Assembly: GCA_003971905.1 (NCBI GenBank)
Contig: RSEE01000085.1
Coordinates: forward strand, 248,001 to 305,902
DNA length: 57,902 nucleotides
Direction: 5' to 3'
Source: Moniliella sp. 'wahieum'
Taxonomy: Eukaryota
The notes under the pieces are model-generated. The model was not told the origin of the DNA and did no database searches. It worked only from the letters and a program-made list of their open reading frames with translations. Positions 24,900 to 37,743 of the stretch are shown here, one piece after another (positions within the stretch are counted from its first letter, which is position 1; each line of letters opens with the position of its first letter). A program made the position numbers and the translations under genes.

Positions 24900-27800
24900 G
24901 CTGTTAGCCGGTCACGCCCCGATCACTCGATCACCGCTCGCCAATCATGATGCATGACCGGATGACCATCGATCTTCGGCCGTTGTACCCGTAAAGCGTA
25001 ACGCCCAAGTCGTAACCGGGTGGCATCGATCATAGATGTCTCAAGTGCACAAATTCATCAAAGGGCAGCACAGGCCTAAAATTCACGCAGCCCCAGCCGG
25101 CAACTCGTACCCGGTACCCGTGGGAGCGAGCGCTCAGGCCACAGGCCGAGCGCTGTGCCTCAGCGCTGACATGCTGACATGCTGGCAGTCGACAATCGGC
25201 AACCGATAATCGATAACCGGTACCGCTAAGCGCTAAAAGCTAGCGCTAACGTCTAACGGCTAACTCTGGCTGCTCGCATGTTTTAGGATCGATCCTAGCT
25301 ATACAAGCAAAGAAGCCTTTCGCATTCATATCCCAGCTGCGGGGTTTCTTTCTACGCTCTCATCTTCCCGGCCTCCCCAGCCTCCCCTGGGGTCTGGGAT
25401 GAGTATATCCTTGCGCTGGCTTGAATATTGAATTGACATGCAATTGACGTGTTGATAACGCTTCTCTGGCATGATGCGGTCAGTCATCATACATCATGCA
25501 TCAACGTTCAACGTTCAACGTTCAACCACATTCGTCACAGCGTCACTGTCACTATGTCACTAGCTCTTTGCGTGTGAGATCTAGAGCTGAGCTGCTCAGC
25601 ATGGGAGGCGTGACGCGGACTCTGCATGCTGGGCGCGCTCGCATTCCATCGAATCATTAATCGTTGGCATCAATTGATGAACGATAATCGATGATCACGC
25701 GTCGCGTAACTCCGGCCCTGTGATGCATGATGCCCAGCCACTGCTCAGCCATGCACCAGGCTGGGCGCCGGCCGTGCCTCGGTCCAGGCCGCCTGGATTC
25801 CGATCAGATCTCTCGCATGTCCCTTTCAAGCTTCACGCTTCACGCGGCACGCGTCCCGCGTCCTGCGTCCTGCCCCACCTGTCCCTGCCAGTGCCCAGAT
25901 GGACGGCATCCAAGCTCCGTTCGACGGGGGCAACAACTTCGCCACCAACGTACACGCGGCTGATTACGAACTTGTGCACTGTGCAGCCATCAACGCGTCC
26001 CTCGACTCAGTACTCACAGCTTACAGCTTGAAGCACTGAGTTCGGGCGCCTGAGCGCGGGCTGCGCCAGGCTGCGGCGTCAGGGGCACACCCCTTCAGAA
26101 CACTACCCATCGTGGCATAGGCGCATAGGCCTCATGCTCAGCCTGAAGCTTGAATCCTGGGACCTGCGAGTGAGCGGGGAGGCACTGCGGCTCAGCAGTT
26201 CGCGTGCAGCGTAACGCGGTGCATGCTACCAAGGGAATGGCGCTGGGCACTCGGCCTCATCGATCATCCGCGCAGACCGCTTAAGCCCAGAGGCGCGTTT
26301 AAGTGTTAGCATGTTAGGGGTCTGATCGATCTGATTCATGATTTGGGCCTTCGAAGCACGATCTGAACGTGCCAACGTCCCATCGTTCAACGTTCCTCTT
26401 TCATGCACGTTGAACCGCTGAAATTACAGGTGCAGCCTGGTGCAGCTGCAGCTGCCAGTTCACGCGTTCACGTCTTCCCCAAACTGGCCAGCTGTCGCAG
26501 TGCTGTCCCTGAGTACCTGAGGGGCTGAGTGCACTTGTTCCTCGCAGCTGGCGGCATGCAGCAGGATGCAGCATGGGATGTAGATGCCTGGCGTCGATCC
26601 ATACGGCACCAAGAACAGCGGGACCCTAGTTCGTCTAGACCCTGCGATGTTACGTTTTATTAACGTTTAACGTTTAACGTTCAGTACGTGCAGTTCAACA
26701 CGTTCAACGTGTTCAACTTCGAATATTTGAATTACGGTTGAGAATCTGAAAACAGAGATCAGAGTCTAAAGAAACCGCGGGCCATTGAAATTGTTGAGCG
26801 CTGCTTTCTTTTAACGGGCTACCGGCTACAAGCTACCGGTTACCAGTTACATAGTTACCCATGATGTACCGCGGGGGCGCGTGCCGTGTACCACCAGGCA
26901 AGAATCGAGAAGTGGGATGGCGATGGCGAGTGAGCCGGTCAGATCCAGACCGAAGGCCTAACCGCTAAGCCCGATAAGATCGATAAGACCGGAGGCACAG
27001 GAGCTCAGTTTCTAGCGTAAGGTCTAAGGGGCTGCTGTATTGGTACTGCAGAGGGTCGAAAAGGGTCGGAATGTATTGCGTGGGCCGACAGCGGCTTTAC
27101 GCGGGTAGGCTTACGCCCGTTACGCGTTGTGCGGTACCTACTTAGCGCTTAGTTCCACGCGTTTCATCGATTGTATTGATCATCGATCATCTTCTTGGGC
27201 GAAATTGGCGGAGGGCGTAAGTATGGGGACAGTGTACCCCCATCCGGGCTCCCTCAGCCTCATACATAATTGATCTCAGAACTGTGACTCAGTACTCATC
27301 CATCTCATCTCGTCTCTCTCTCTGGCTTTCAAATTTTGAGGTCAGCTGGGGCGCTGAGGTGCTGAGGCGCTGAGGCCTTCCGCTCACGCGCTCACGGCTC
27401 GACGATGCTAGTGCATGATGGACCCAGGTTCGAAGCTCGTCCCGTAGGCTTGTGGCCAGTGCCCTATCGAATCCCAAGCTAAAACCCAAAGCCAGCGGTC
27501 AGCCGGTCAGTGCTAAGCCTGAGCGCGTCGAGCCAGCGGCAAGTCCTGCGATGTCCTGGCGAGTACCGAGACCGAATCCTAGGACCTAAACGCAGAACGC
27601 GGAACGCCTGATGCCTAACAAGCCGACAGGGTCAAAACGCCACAGCAGCCACAGTCTGGCGCAGCTTGTCGCAGCGCGTGCATTCAATAATTCAATGGCC
27701 ACTGCATCACGTGGCGTCATGCATCGTGCTCCCCGAATCGGAATCACCCATGCATCATGCGTCACAAATCCGCTTAATCACTTAATGGATAATCCTTTAA

Positions 27801-29400
27801 TCACTTAGGCACCCGGTCAAGTCACTAGTCACGTGCTCCTCGCGTCACATGTCACAGTCGTATCGCGTGTCATGCATGTCGCATGTCACATGTCGCATGT
27901 CACCGGATACGTGATCGATGATCGATGAGATCGATGATCGCTCCTTGAATCGATGGATTTGAAATTCTCAGGTCGGATAAAAAGGAGGTGCGCGGGTGGC
28001 AAACAGATGGATGAGATACAGCCCTACGTAGCCCCTTGCCAGTCCACAGTAACCGGTGACATGCATGACTATTTGTCTACATCACGTGTCACAATCATAG
28101 TGTGTCAAAAGTATAACGGCTCCTGTGCCTTTGTCTCGAAATTCATACGCATACCGAGTACCGATCCCTGTAATGTATGTAACCGCTGCATTGATCATTG
28201 ACTCAATACTCATACTCAGCGATCATCGATCATTGATCATTGTATCATACACCGCACATCATGCATCATGTATCATGCATCATGTGCATATTATTTTCTC
28301 ACACTACATAGCTTGTGAACCAATTCAGGCCCAGACCCTCCCGTGCCGTTGGAGGCAGTACGGGCCGCACCTTCCCAAATGCAGTCGCGGCCCACAAGGG
28401 CACAAAACAAAACGGATGTATTTGCATCTGGGATCTGAGATCCTGAGATCCGACCCCTGTACGTAACAAAACCCCAGCTTTTTCCGGCTTTAAAATTTAA
28501 GCGCTAATAAGCTGCCTCTCTCACCGCCTCCTCCCTCGCCTTCGCAGCAAGCAAGGCTCGCTAGGCTCGCCATCTATACCATTGACCATCCTGTCCTTTA
28601 CTTATTCATGACCGACATGTGACACGCATGATACGTGTCCTTTTTGAAGCTTGACATCCACGAGCGCGTTATATGTTTTACCCAGGTATATGGGGGAACA
28701 GAACACCCTGGACCACCCCCACTGAAGGGCGACACTGCCATTTTCTCCATTCTGGACTTGTTTGTGCGAACATGCGCGCAGCTATCGACTATCCAGCTTC
28801 CAGAGCTAGCGCCGCTTCCGTCGGTTCTTCGTCGGTGCCGGCACTGCCTATTGAATCAACGGTCACAAACGTCAGCGCGTTAGGTGTTCTGAGTGCACTG
28901 ACTAGTCAGTAACTAGTAACTAGTAACTCAATAACCAGTACTCCGTACTCAGTACACTAAGTACTCCAAACTCGGTACTAACGCGGGACGCGCGTTATGC
29001 GTTACGCGTGTCGCGTTTTCAAAAGCGTGGGGGTACGTGACGCGTGTGAGTGCAGAAGACGCGCGTGAGGCCTGAGGACCAGTGGATAGTCCCTAATCTC
29101 AGGGGAAATGAGTATATGAGTACTCAACTGAGTCCTACTGCGTACTGAGTTCAGTACTCACCAGACTGAGTCAAGCTTCAAGTCTTGAAGTGGCGAGAGT
29201 CCGAATAGGATGGGATGATCTACTTCATGATCGACAGAGCGCCACCAACAGCGCTTCGCCTCGACCTGATGTGTTTATAGCTTCACATGTCACATGTCAC
29301 AGTCGTTGTGCATTGCATGTCTCCATGTGTTTGTGGCTCCGCCTCGCTTTGGGTTCCGTAGAAACGGTGGATCCTCCGTTACGCGTTACGCGTTATACGC
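24900..29400. repeat. Non-coding region dense in 7-bp-period palindromic microrepeats
   Basis: AACGTTC x3 (25503), AACGTTT x2-3 (26662), ATCGATG x2 (27914), ACTAGTA x2 (28912), ACATGTC x2 (29285), ACGCGTT x2 (29381); no credible ORFs. Confidence 0.8.
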
Positions 29401-31398
29401 CGTTCCATAGTCCGATTATACTGCGAAAGTATCCGGCAAGTCATTCGGAGAATGAACTACCCAGAGAGAGGGTGGACTTATGGGGGAGTGACGGATGCGT
29501 ATATTGTAAGTGCTGATCTGATGAGAGTTGAGGGTATAGGGGTAGGAGGGCGGCAGCAAGGGACGGGCTAATGGACTGTGGGGGGGGGGGGGGGGGGTTA
29601 ACGCACTCATACCGGGAACGTTGAAAATGGGAAAGGGCATCAGATGGAGGGGGGCGATAGACGAAGGAGGTTAATCAATCTGATGGAAGAATGAGTTACA
29701 TTTTGTGAAACGCGGGCCAGGGGTGTATTAGGGGGGGATGTATGGGAGGAGAACGTTTGACGACGAAGACGCAAACAGCAACATACTATAGCAATAATGC
29801 GTTGGAGAGCCATACTCGTGTTACAGATTCAATAACCCATTCCGCAGAGGGTTGGTATTTATACAGGATGAAGGTTGCCCTCTGTAATACAGTGATGGCG
29901 CAGTAGCGACGTATGGAAGAGCGATATCGGGGGAGGTTGGTGACGGTGGCGGGGATAACCAGTAGCTCCTTGGGAGGGCGGGTAGGACGGGTTAGAAGGC
30001 GAAATATAACACGGGCATTATGGGCAATCGATTGTCCGTCGGCCCAAAGCCCATCGTGTTAGGCCACCACATGTGACCACGAAGGTCTCGACTCTACCCA
30101 AGAATCGATTTTGCAAGAATGACATCTTCAACTTCATGAACCGGAATTAGGCGGCAGGTCTGAATGAAGAGGTGTTACACTGATCGAGAGTGAGAAGCCG
30201 GGCAAGGGGCAGACAGGCGCAATGAGCCGAGACGCGGCAGGGTGCGGTTCCGAAAGGATGGGTTATAGTAGTATGCAGTGACGGGATGGAATATATCACA
30301 TGAACACGCACGATAGAGGGTACCCTCACCTTGAGAGGGGATATAGCTGTTCCGGAGGATGGTTTTATAGAGAGTGACGTTGTAGTTCCGTGTCCCAGGT
30401 GATTGGCCTGTAACTCAGTAGTGCTGCATTTGTAATATCTCGATCGTACGGACAGTAGAGATAGATGCCACATGCTTGCGGCCTCTAGTGACGCGGTCTG
30501 ACGAGTTTTGGTACGTCCCGCGAAGTGCGAGAGTGCGCCCGCCAGAGTGTGAATAGGGGTTTGGACTACATTTACTACTACTAGGCTACACTCGCTACTA
30601 CACACCGGTTATACTAATGCATATTAGTACTTAGTACTTAGTCCAAACAACACAATATAGGTTTCTGCAAGCCCCGCCGCGTATACTGCATCCATATCAT
30701 TGACAGAGTTAAAAAGGCTGGGACAGGGAAACGCTATACCTAAACCGACCGGATCATCTTAGGAGTTTGTGCTAAAAACTGGGTTTGTGGCAAGACAAAA
30801 CACACGGGGGGTGTGAAAAATTGAAACAGGGTCATGGCGGGATTGGAAAATGGGTAGATGGGCTGGATAAGCGGAGTGGGGCTGAAGAGGCCGGTGGCAG
30901 AAACCCGACGCTTTGGCGACAGGCATTTGGGGCTGCAACCACGCCTCACCGTCTGGCCTCTTACTCCATAACCGCCCCTTCGCTTCGGCCATGCCCCTGC
31001 GTATGGACGCATGACAGTCATCCGTCACCTGGCTCGTTCGCCGGCAAAAGAACTTCGCATCATATCAAGCGCCGCCCATGGCCCCATCTCAGATCCCACG
31101 TCTCGAGAGGTTCCGGCTGATGGGTCCGGGATGCGCACCACCCTATGGCCTGGCTACTGATGACTGACGACTGCACCAAACCTATACTCATCCTCATCGC
31201 GCAATGCAGTGTCCATTTGGTTCTCGCTCAATCACTGTCACTGTCCGAAGAGTCGTCGCTGTTGCCCCCTCCTCCGACAGCGACCACGGCAGGTGTCTTC
31301 TTCTTGGCGCGCGCTCGTCCCACAGGTGCATGGCACCGTTCGTTGCAATCCTCTGGGCCACGTCTTGCTCAGCGCGTTGGCGCTCAGTTCCGGGGACT

Positions 31399-32900
31399 TC
31401 AGCTGATCCTCAAGTCCATGTGCGGCTTGTGGTGTGGTGGACTTCGCATAGCGTATTCGTTCAATACCAGCCGCTTCCCGTTCTTGGCTTTAAAATGAGA
31501 CGCCGCCGGGATGAAGTACTCTATCGCCTCGTTCTCCCCGAGATAGGGTCCTTCTCGTAGTTGTGCACCAGTACTTTCTGGCCGTCCTGCTCTATCATGA
31601 ACTTCTTGGTGCAGGCGTGCTGGAGAGGCGCCTCGCTGCCAACATCCTGTGGTCAATGTCCCAGTGTCAGTACTTGATGAGCAATCGTCACGCAGCCGGA
31701 TTCAGCACTCATCGGTGCTCTCCGTCAATAGGGCAAACTCTTCAGGAGCATCACCATCATCGAGTTCGCGGACAATGCGGCAGCCTGAGCGATGCGTGCT
31801 ACTCGTGATGATGTACGGCCTGTACCCGACCCAGGCAGCCTTCTCATCCAACGGGTCGTGCCCAATCCGGAGGATCTTGCCAATAACAAAGTCGGTGGAC
31901 GCGCTGTACTCGGCCGACTTCTGGCCGATCGTCACGTTCATCCCCACACGGATCATCTCCCCTGTAGCGATAACAGCCGCCTTGCCCACCAGGTACTGCG
32001 CCCGCACCTTGACACGGCCCGCCAACTGGAAATGACCCAGCTCCTCGTCGGTGAGGTTGTTGCAACCCACCGAGGATTGGTTCTTGGCTGGGGCCAGCAC
32101 CACTCGTGGAATCGCCATGCCATCAGAGTCGTAGCCGGGCTCTTCCTTCCCTTGCTCCAGCACCCCGGGAGGAGCCCCAGGCCGAGCCACCACCGAGCCG
32201 TCACTAGACACATCGTACCCCGGTGAAGAGTGGTGCAGAATCTTCTCGGCGACCAGGACGTTGTACAAGGTGTCACGCGGGAGGTTCTGGAAGTTGCAAT
32301 GGGCAACGGACGCACGGTGCTTCACGCGACCCTCGAATCTGGCAGCGTCCGTGTTCTGGAGAGGGCCGAACAATTCGAGCGCATCAGACGTATGCGCCAG
32401 GAGGAGATGGAGCTTCGGTCGCGTCGCGATCATGGCGCTGTCGGGGCCGAGTCTCGAAAGGCGTTCGATCAGTCGGTATGCAGTCTGGGTCGCCCGGTAC
32501 TATTCCAGCCATAACAGGCATGTCAGCGTCTAAACCCGTATATCAATCAAGGCTGTGGGACTTACCATGAACTGCGCCCTGGCCTGCCCGGCAGCCGGGT
32601 ACCATGTCCTGGAAAGCAAACCATGCAGGCCGGCTGCCGCGACGATAGCGTCATAAAGCGGAATCGGAAACGTGAACTCCTTCTCATCGTTGGCCTCTTT
32701 TCCGGTCGCGAGGATGGGGAGTGCCGCGAATGGGAGAGCCACAAGCATAGTGCGCACATCCTTCCCAACCCCACAGTCTTTAGGTTAGCCAACAAACCCC
32801 TAGCTCGGATATTGGTGCCCTCTGCGCTCCGTGTTGAGATCGCTGATGAATATCAGCCTCTTGGTTGCGGATTTGCTCGACACGCTCATTCGGGGCGCCG
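31399..32900 (-). pseudogene. C-terminal part of a fungal En/Spm(CACTA)-like transposase, fragmented
   Basis: RPKLHLLLAHTSDALELFGPLQNTDAARFEG...CNFQNLPRD matches the K-x-H-L-L-x-H...FGP...FE motif of CMC-type transposases; also GKDVRTMLVALPF upstream and LVLNEYAMRS downstream. In-frame stops are present and no N-terminal catalytic part is recognisable. Confidence 0.65.
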
Positions 32901-35553
32901 AGCGGGTTGTCATGCGCCCGCGGGCGGCAAAGGACACGCCCGTGGGCTCTTGAAGGTGGTCCAAAGGAAACACTGGGCTACGTCTGGCATAACTCGTCCT
33001 CGGCCATGGTAGTGTCTACAGGCGAGGAGGCACGGGAAGCAAGGGAAGGCGAGCATGTGTCAGGTGTGGCTGGGGCATGCTCGCATCTTCGGCCACCTCG
33101 TCAATGGCGTGACTGGCCCCCATCCTCGCACCCAGCACCACGTTGTGGGTATCTGCGCACCTTCGTGTGCATGCATGAAACCGGACATCGGTTGAACTGG
33201 GCAAGCAGGGAACTGGTACAGCAACCTCTCGTCCTGCTTCATCGTGGACCAGGCCGCGGGAAAAGGTACAGCAGATGTGTCTGTCCTATTGTGCACGCGT
33301 GCGAGCTCGTTCCATCGGTCGGCATTGCATTTTGGTGAGCCGACGTCGAAACATGGTGGTGGCGACTTGGTAAAAGGATGGGCGAGATGGGTTGTACATG
33401 ATATGCATTGGTGGGTGCTTTTTTTGTCACAGGTCCGGCAGACGATCGCGGCCCCTTCTAACCTTAAACCTTGTCCCCTCTAACCTTAAAACTTGCCCCC
33501 CCTCCCAGAGACGCACGCTCTCCCGCTTCTTTGATGCTCTTCCAAGGCGTATTACATTCGTCATCCCCTATCTGAAGATGAGAGTGGCGCAGTCCAGATG
33601 GCCACCCTGATGGGTGATGCGGTAGCACTATAGTGTTGGCAGTGCGGTGGTCGAATACGCCAGCCAACGACACGCCTAACACAAGGGTGCATGAAAGAGC
33701 AACAGAGGCTATATACCTTAGGGCTGCGGAGATCATGGACAAAGCCAACACAAAAGCTAAATGGAATGGTTACAACATCGGAGCTCCTTGACTCGACCAG
33801 GGGCTATCGCCTTGACTTTGATGATGTAACACCGTAGGTTACTAGTCACTAGTCACTAGTATAGCTCAAGTGAGGATAATCGTGACCTGTATAGTGATTC
33901 ACCCGGCTATGGAGACCACAATGGATGCTGAAGCGTTTGGGACAGTAGCGTAGTCGATCGATTGCGGGCGAGAGATAGGCGTTGGTGGTAGGAAGCAAGA
34001 CGAGGGCTACTGGACAAGGCTACTAGTCGTTGACTTACGCGCGCATCAGCAATCTTCGGGGAGCCCTTGGAGTCTCGGGGCTAGAGAGGCCGCAAGTGCG
34101 CCGCGTTCGGTGAAGCCAGTCACCGTCGCAACAGACAACTAGTACCGCAGCAAGTCGCAAATAGGCAAAGTCAAAATGGCGCTCTTGATTGAGGTGATTA
34201 GACCCTCGAACACTCTGCTGCAGGAGACCGCTATAGTGTTGAGGCGTTAGACAGATATAATAGCTTACCTATAGGCCCCTGGCGTAGCCCAGATTGGCCT
34301 GTGCGCACAGATTGGCTGCGCCACACGCGCCTCCTTTTAACCTCCTGCTCCTCTGTGGTTGCATCCTGTCTCCTCACCACCGCCCCTCTCATTGCGTCCG
34401 TCGCAACCAGTATCCCATCTCTGCAGCCAGCACATCGAAGAGTGCTCTGTCCCACGGCGCAACAGCACCATCTTCTCCCTGAACATCAACATCACCATCG
34501 TTGCTGCCTGCACTGCTTACTGACCGCCTTGCTAGTCCCGCCCCTATCGCTCGGTTCTTCTCGCCTGGTCTGCATTGCTGCCGTACGTCTCCATTCCCTC
34601 TCCCGCCACACTCCGTCCTCCTCGCCTCGTCAGTATCGCTGGTGAACGCCCCCTCTGCCTCTCGCCCCGGCCCCCTCTCACTGTCTGCATTGCTGTTGTC
34701 GTATGTGTTCTCTTGCCCACCAGCGCTCTGTTGCTGACCCCGCGTACACAGACTCCCCTCGCGGGCCATCTTGCCCTCGTTTCACCTGATCCGCAGCGCC
34801 ATCGTACGTGCCCGCTTCCTCCGCATTCCCCACACTTCTGCTGACCTTGTGGGTCGCATGCATGACGTGCATGCACTTTTCGTTTCGCTCACCTTCGGCC
34901 TTGTCCGTCTGGTTCCATTTTGCCTCGCCTGAGGTCCTCTCGCTTGGCTCGTCTGTGCCTTGCCATCGTACGTCCCCCGTACTTCGCGCTTGGAGTTGTC
35001 CTGCCGCTGACACTGTCTACCCAGCTGCTGCATGCACGGAATCCCACGGTTGGTTCGTCTCGTCTTGTTCGCCTCGACTCATCTGACCTGTTTCGCCGTC
35101 GTACGTCCCTTCTCTGTTATATGCCAACGCTGTTCCTAACATTGTTCGCCCTACCAGTGTACATTCCGACTTCATCCCGCTTGCCCTCGCCACTGGCCGT
35201 CTTGATCGCCTGACCTGTGAGTCCGTCGCACATCATTTTCTGTGTCTCGCGCTAACCCTATGCTGCTGCTGACTTGGCCAGCGTCTCCCTAGTGCGCACT
35301 CCCCTCACACTAACCTGCCACTTTCTGAACCGCTCGCTGCTCTACTACGTTGTGGTGCTTCCGTCTGACGTCACACCTAACCGTGGTTGCCGTGTCATCG
35401 CTTCCCAGCGATCTTCGAAATTCTATATCTAAAAAATACCCCCTGCCTATAAATCTAGTAGTTCTGGATCGATGCCAGCCAGCCGGTTGGAGAGCCTACA
35501 AGCACGCATCCAATCAAAACAGCTAAGCGTTTGGGCACATTTGAGCTAAGGGC

Positions 35554-35756
35554 TTGAGCGCATGTGGCCAAAGCCATTGAGCGCATGTGGCCAAAGCCAT
35601 TGAGCGCATGTGGTCAAAGCCATTGAGCGCATGTGGCCAAAGCCATTGAGCGCATGTGGCCAAAGCCATTGAGCGCATGTGGCCAAAGCGCTTGACTTCA
35701 TGTGGCCAAAGCGCTTGACTTTATGTGGCCAAAGCGCTTAATCTCATGTGGCCGCA
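35554..35756 (+). repeat. Tandem array of ~9 x 23-bp units (TTGAGCGCATGTGGCCAAAGCCA), subterminal to the transposon end
   Basis: Units start at 35554, 35577, 35600, 35623, 35646, 35669, 35692, 35715 and 35738, diverging progressively toward the right (TTGACTTCATGTGGCCAAAGCGC). Confidence 0.95.
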
Positions 35757-35850
35757 ATGTCAAAAACGTTCCGCACCAAATTCTACGCATTTTGGGTAAT
35801 GTGGTCATCGATCATCTAAGCAAAATATTAATTTTTTACACCCGCCCGTG

Positions 35851-35940
35851 TATAGTGCAAGTAGATACTGTGCAGTTGTGCGTTTTGTCTGAGCGTTCAG
35901 ATGAACGTCGCCCATGAGACTCTTCAACAAGTTCTTCCAG
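35851..35940 (+). repeat. 90-bp exact dispersed direct repeat, copy 2
   Basis: Identical to 17174..17263; starts flush with the right TIR. Confidence 0.95.
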
Positions 35941-36621
35941 GCAGCGCTTAATAATGATGGTCATCATTCCCTTCGTACAGACCTGCCCCTCAGATCCTCA
36001 GGTCTCAACCAAACGCCCAATCCCAGCTAGTTATGCATGCGCCGCGATAGCCAACAATGATGCCTTTGGGGAGCTGTGATGCGTTGCGGCAGAAGGTCGG
36101 TGTTTGTTGGACAAAGTGGTTTCAAAGATTCTTGCCTGTGCTGCTCAATATATGAAGTCAGCTTTGTTAAAGTGGCAACCATCCTGCCCCATAGCAATCT
36201 TCCAAAGAGCACACCCAGGACTCCCATTCAGCACTCGTACTCGAACTGAGTATAGGTTGAGTACTCCCGAGCACTGGTCGTCACTTCGCCCGCAAAAAAC
36301 TCGACAAGCACAGGAGCAGCGCTTCAAGCTCAAGGGAAGTGGATGTTCAAAATCCAAAATGACACTTTCAACATGTTCCAGGCGGGCTGCACAGTAGGGT
36401 TGGGGCTGCACGCAAAAGTGGGCGCGTGTGGAACGACGCGCTCAGGAGCCAGCACGGCGCCAGTGTCCCAAGCGCGTCGCGTGGCCGCGGCGGAGCCCAA
36501 AATAAGGTCTAGCTCGTAGCTGGGCGGTGGCAGGGGGCCCACTTTACTCAGTCGCGGGCCATCCATCTCCCTCCTGCCCCACCACCACCACCACCACCCC
36601 GCCACCCCTTTCTCTCCCCAG

Positions 36622-37743
36622 ATGGCGGTCCTCGCCTCTCCGCTGGACAAGCGTCCACCAATGCTCCCCAGCAAGTCTTCGCCTGTCGGCCTTCTCGGCA
36701 ACAATGCCAACCCGCAGGCTCAAGCCGACGATGCTGCCCTGGGCCAGCGCGACGAGCATCCAGCCACCTGGCGTGGCTCTGTTTCGGCCAACAATTACGT
36801 CGACGTGCGCGTCTTTGATCGTCTGCAGTCCAACCCGGCCCAGATTCGCATGCGCCTGCTCCGCACTGCGGGCTCCCCCAGCGCCGCCCCTTCCGCCACC
36901 GAGGACGATCTGCAGTACATCCGCCGCACTCGTTCGGCGTTTGAACGCACCGCCAGCCTTCCAGTGCGCCATCTCAGCCGTGGTCCGGCTCCTCCCCCCG
37001 GACCCTTCTTGAGCTGGTTAAAGCCAATTACCACCCTTCCGTCGAGTCGGGATCCAATGAGCTCCAGCCTCTCGCCAGCTCCAAGCCCGAACCGAGCGGA
37101 ATGACGCTTCGTCTGATCCGCACCTCGGGGGGATGCAGCGCTACGCCTCGGTCCCAGCCCACGCTTTGTCGACCTACGCTGCTTCTCGCTCCGACCTTGA
37201 GACGCCTGAGCTGGATGTGTTGGGTGTCAAGCCCTCGATTGAGCACGAAGGCGCTCTGGCGGACAAGACGTTGACTCTGTCCTTGCCCGCGGCCGAGGAT
37301 GACGAAGAAGCGTATGTGGCACCATCCTCTTTTGTTTTCCCTTTAGCACTACTAACCGTACAATCATGTGCCTCTCAAGTGGATTTGGCTCGGACGATGG
37401 CAGCTCCAGCTCATCGGATGAGAATGAGACGGTGAATCCCCATGCCCCCTCCACCGCTCCGTATGTGCAACCGGTGCCGTCCCACCGCCACCCCAATTTG
37501 GGCCCGCCTGTGGCACCCATTGGTGCTGGGACCCCTTTGCTCGCCGCACTTTCCGCTCGGCCCAGTCTGCCCCTGTGGGTGCGCTGGAATTCGGCCGTGC
37601 CGCCATTGGCCATGAAGGAGCGCCGGACTTGGACGCTGACGCCCCCTGGCGCAAGGTCGACTTTAGCAAATACTTTAACCCAGAAGTTGTGGACTTCTAG
37701 GCTCACCTTGCCTACACTCACCTTGCCTGGCGAGTGCGTTTAG
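36622..37743 (+). CDS. Hypothetical protein (possibly one frameshifted gene)
   Basis: Consecutive + strand ORFs 36622..37104, 37133..37435 and 37366..37743 with protein-like composition; no recognised domain. Confidence 0.35.

Larger units (their letters stand above)
30801..35852. mobile_element. Degenerate ~5-kb TIR DNA transposon, CACTA/CMC-like
   Basis: Left end CACACGGG-GGGTGTGAAAAATT (30801-30822) vs reverse complement of right end TACACGGGCGGGTGTAAAAAATT (35830-35852), 20/23 matches; internal transposase remnant; subterminal 23-bp array at the right end and one inverted degenerate copy of that motif at 30909-30924. No clean TSD. Confidence 0.7.

Noticed and set aside
23041..24957. Long overlapping ORFs (up to 394 aa) on both strands
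   Set aside because: Very GC-rich, Arg/Ala/Gly/Pro-biased, open in several frames, with no domain motifs; likely stop-codon depletion.
33459..33502. TAACCTT/CCC repeats resembling interstitial telomere
   Set aside because: Only two degenerate ~22-bp units, not a (CCCTAA)n array.
35554..35756. 23-bp repeats resembling a CRISPR array
   Set aside because: Units are head-to-tail with no unique spacers, there are no cas genes, the context is eukaryotic, and the position fits transposon subterminal repeats.
17174..35940. An 18.7-kb mobile element bounded by the 90-bp direct repeats and mobilised by the YR gene
   Set aside because: The interval contains the core gene RPL31, the YR appears non-catalytic and internal, and copy 2 is better explained by its position at a TIR; not excluded but unsupported.
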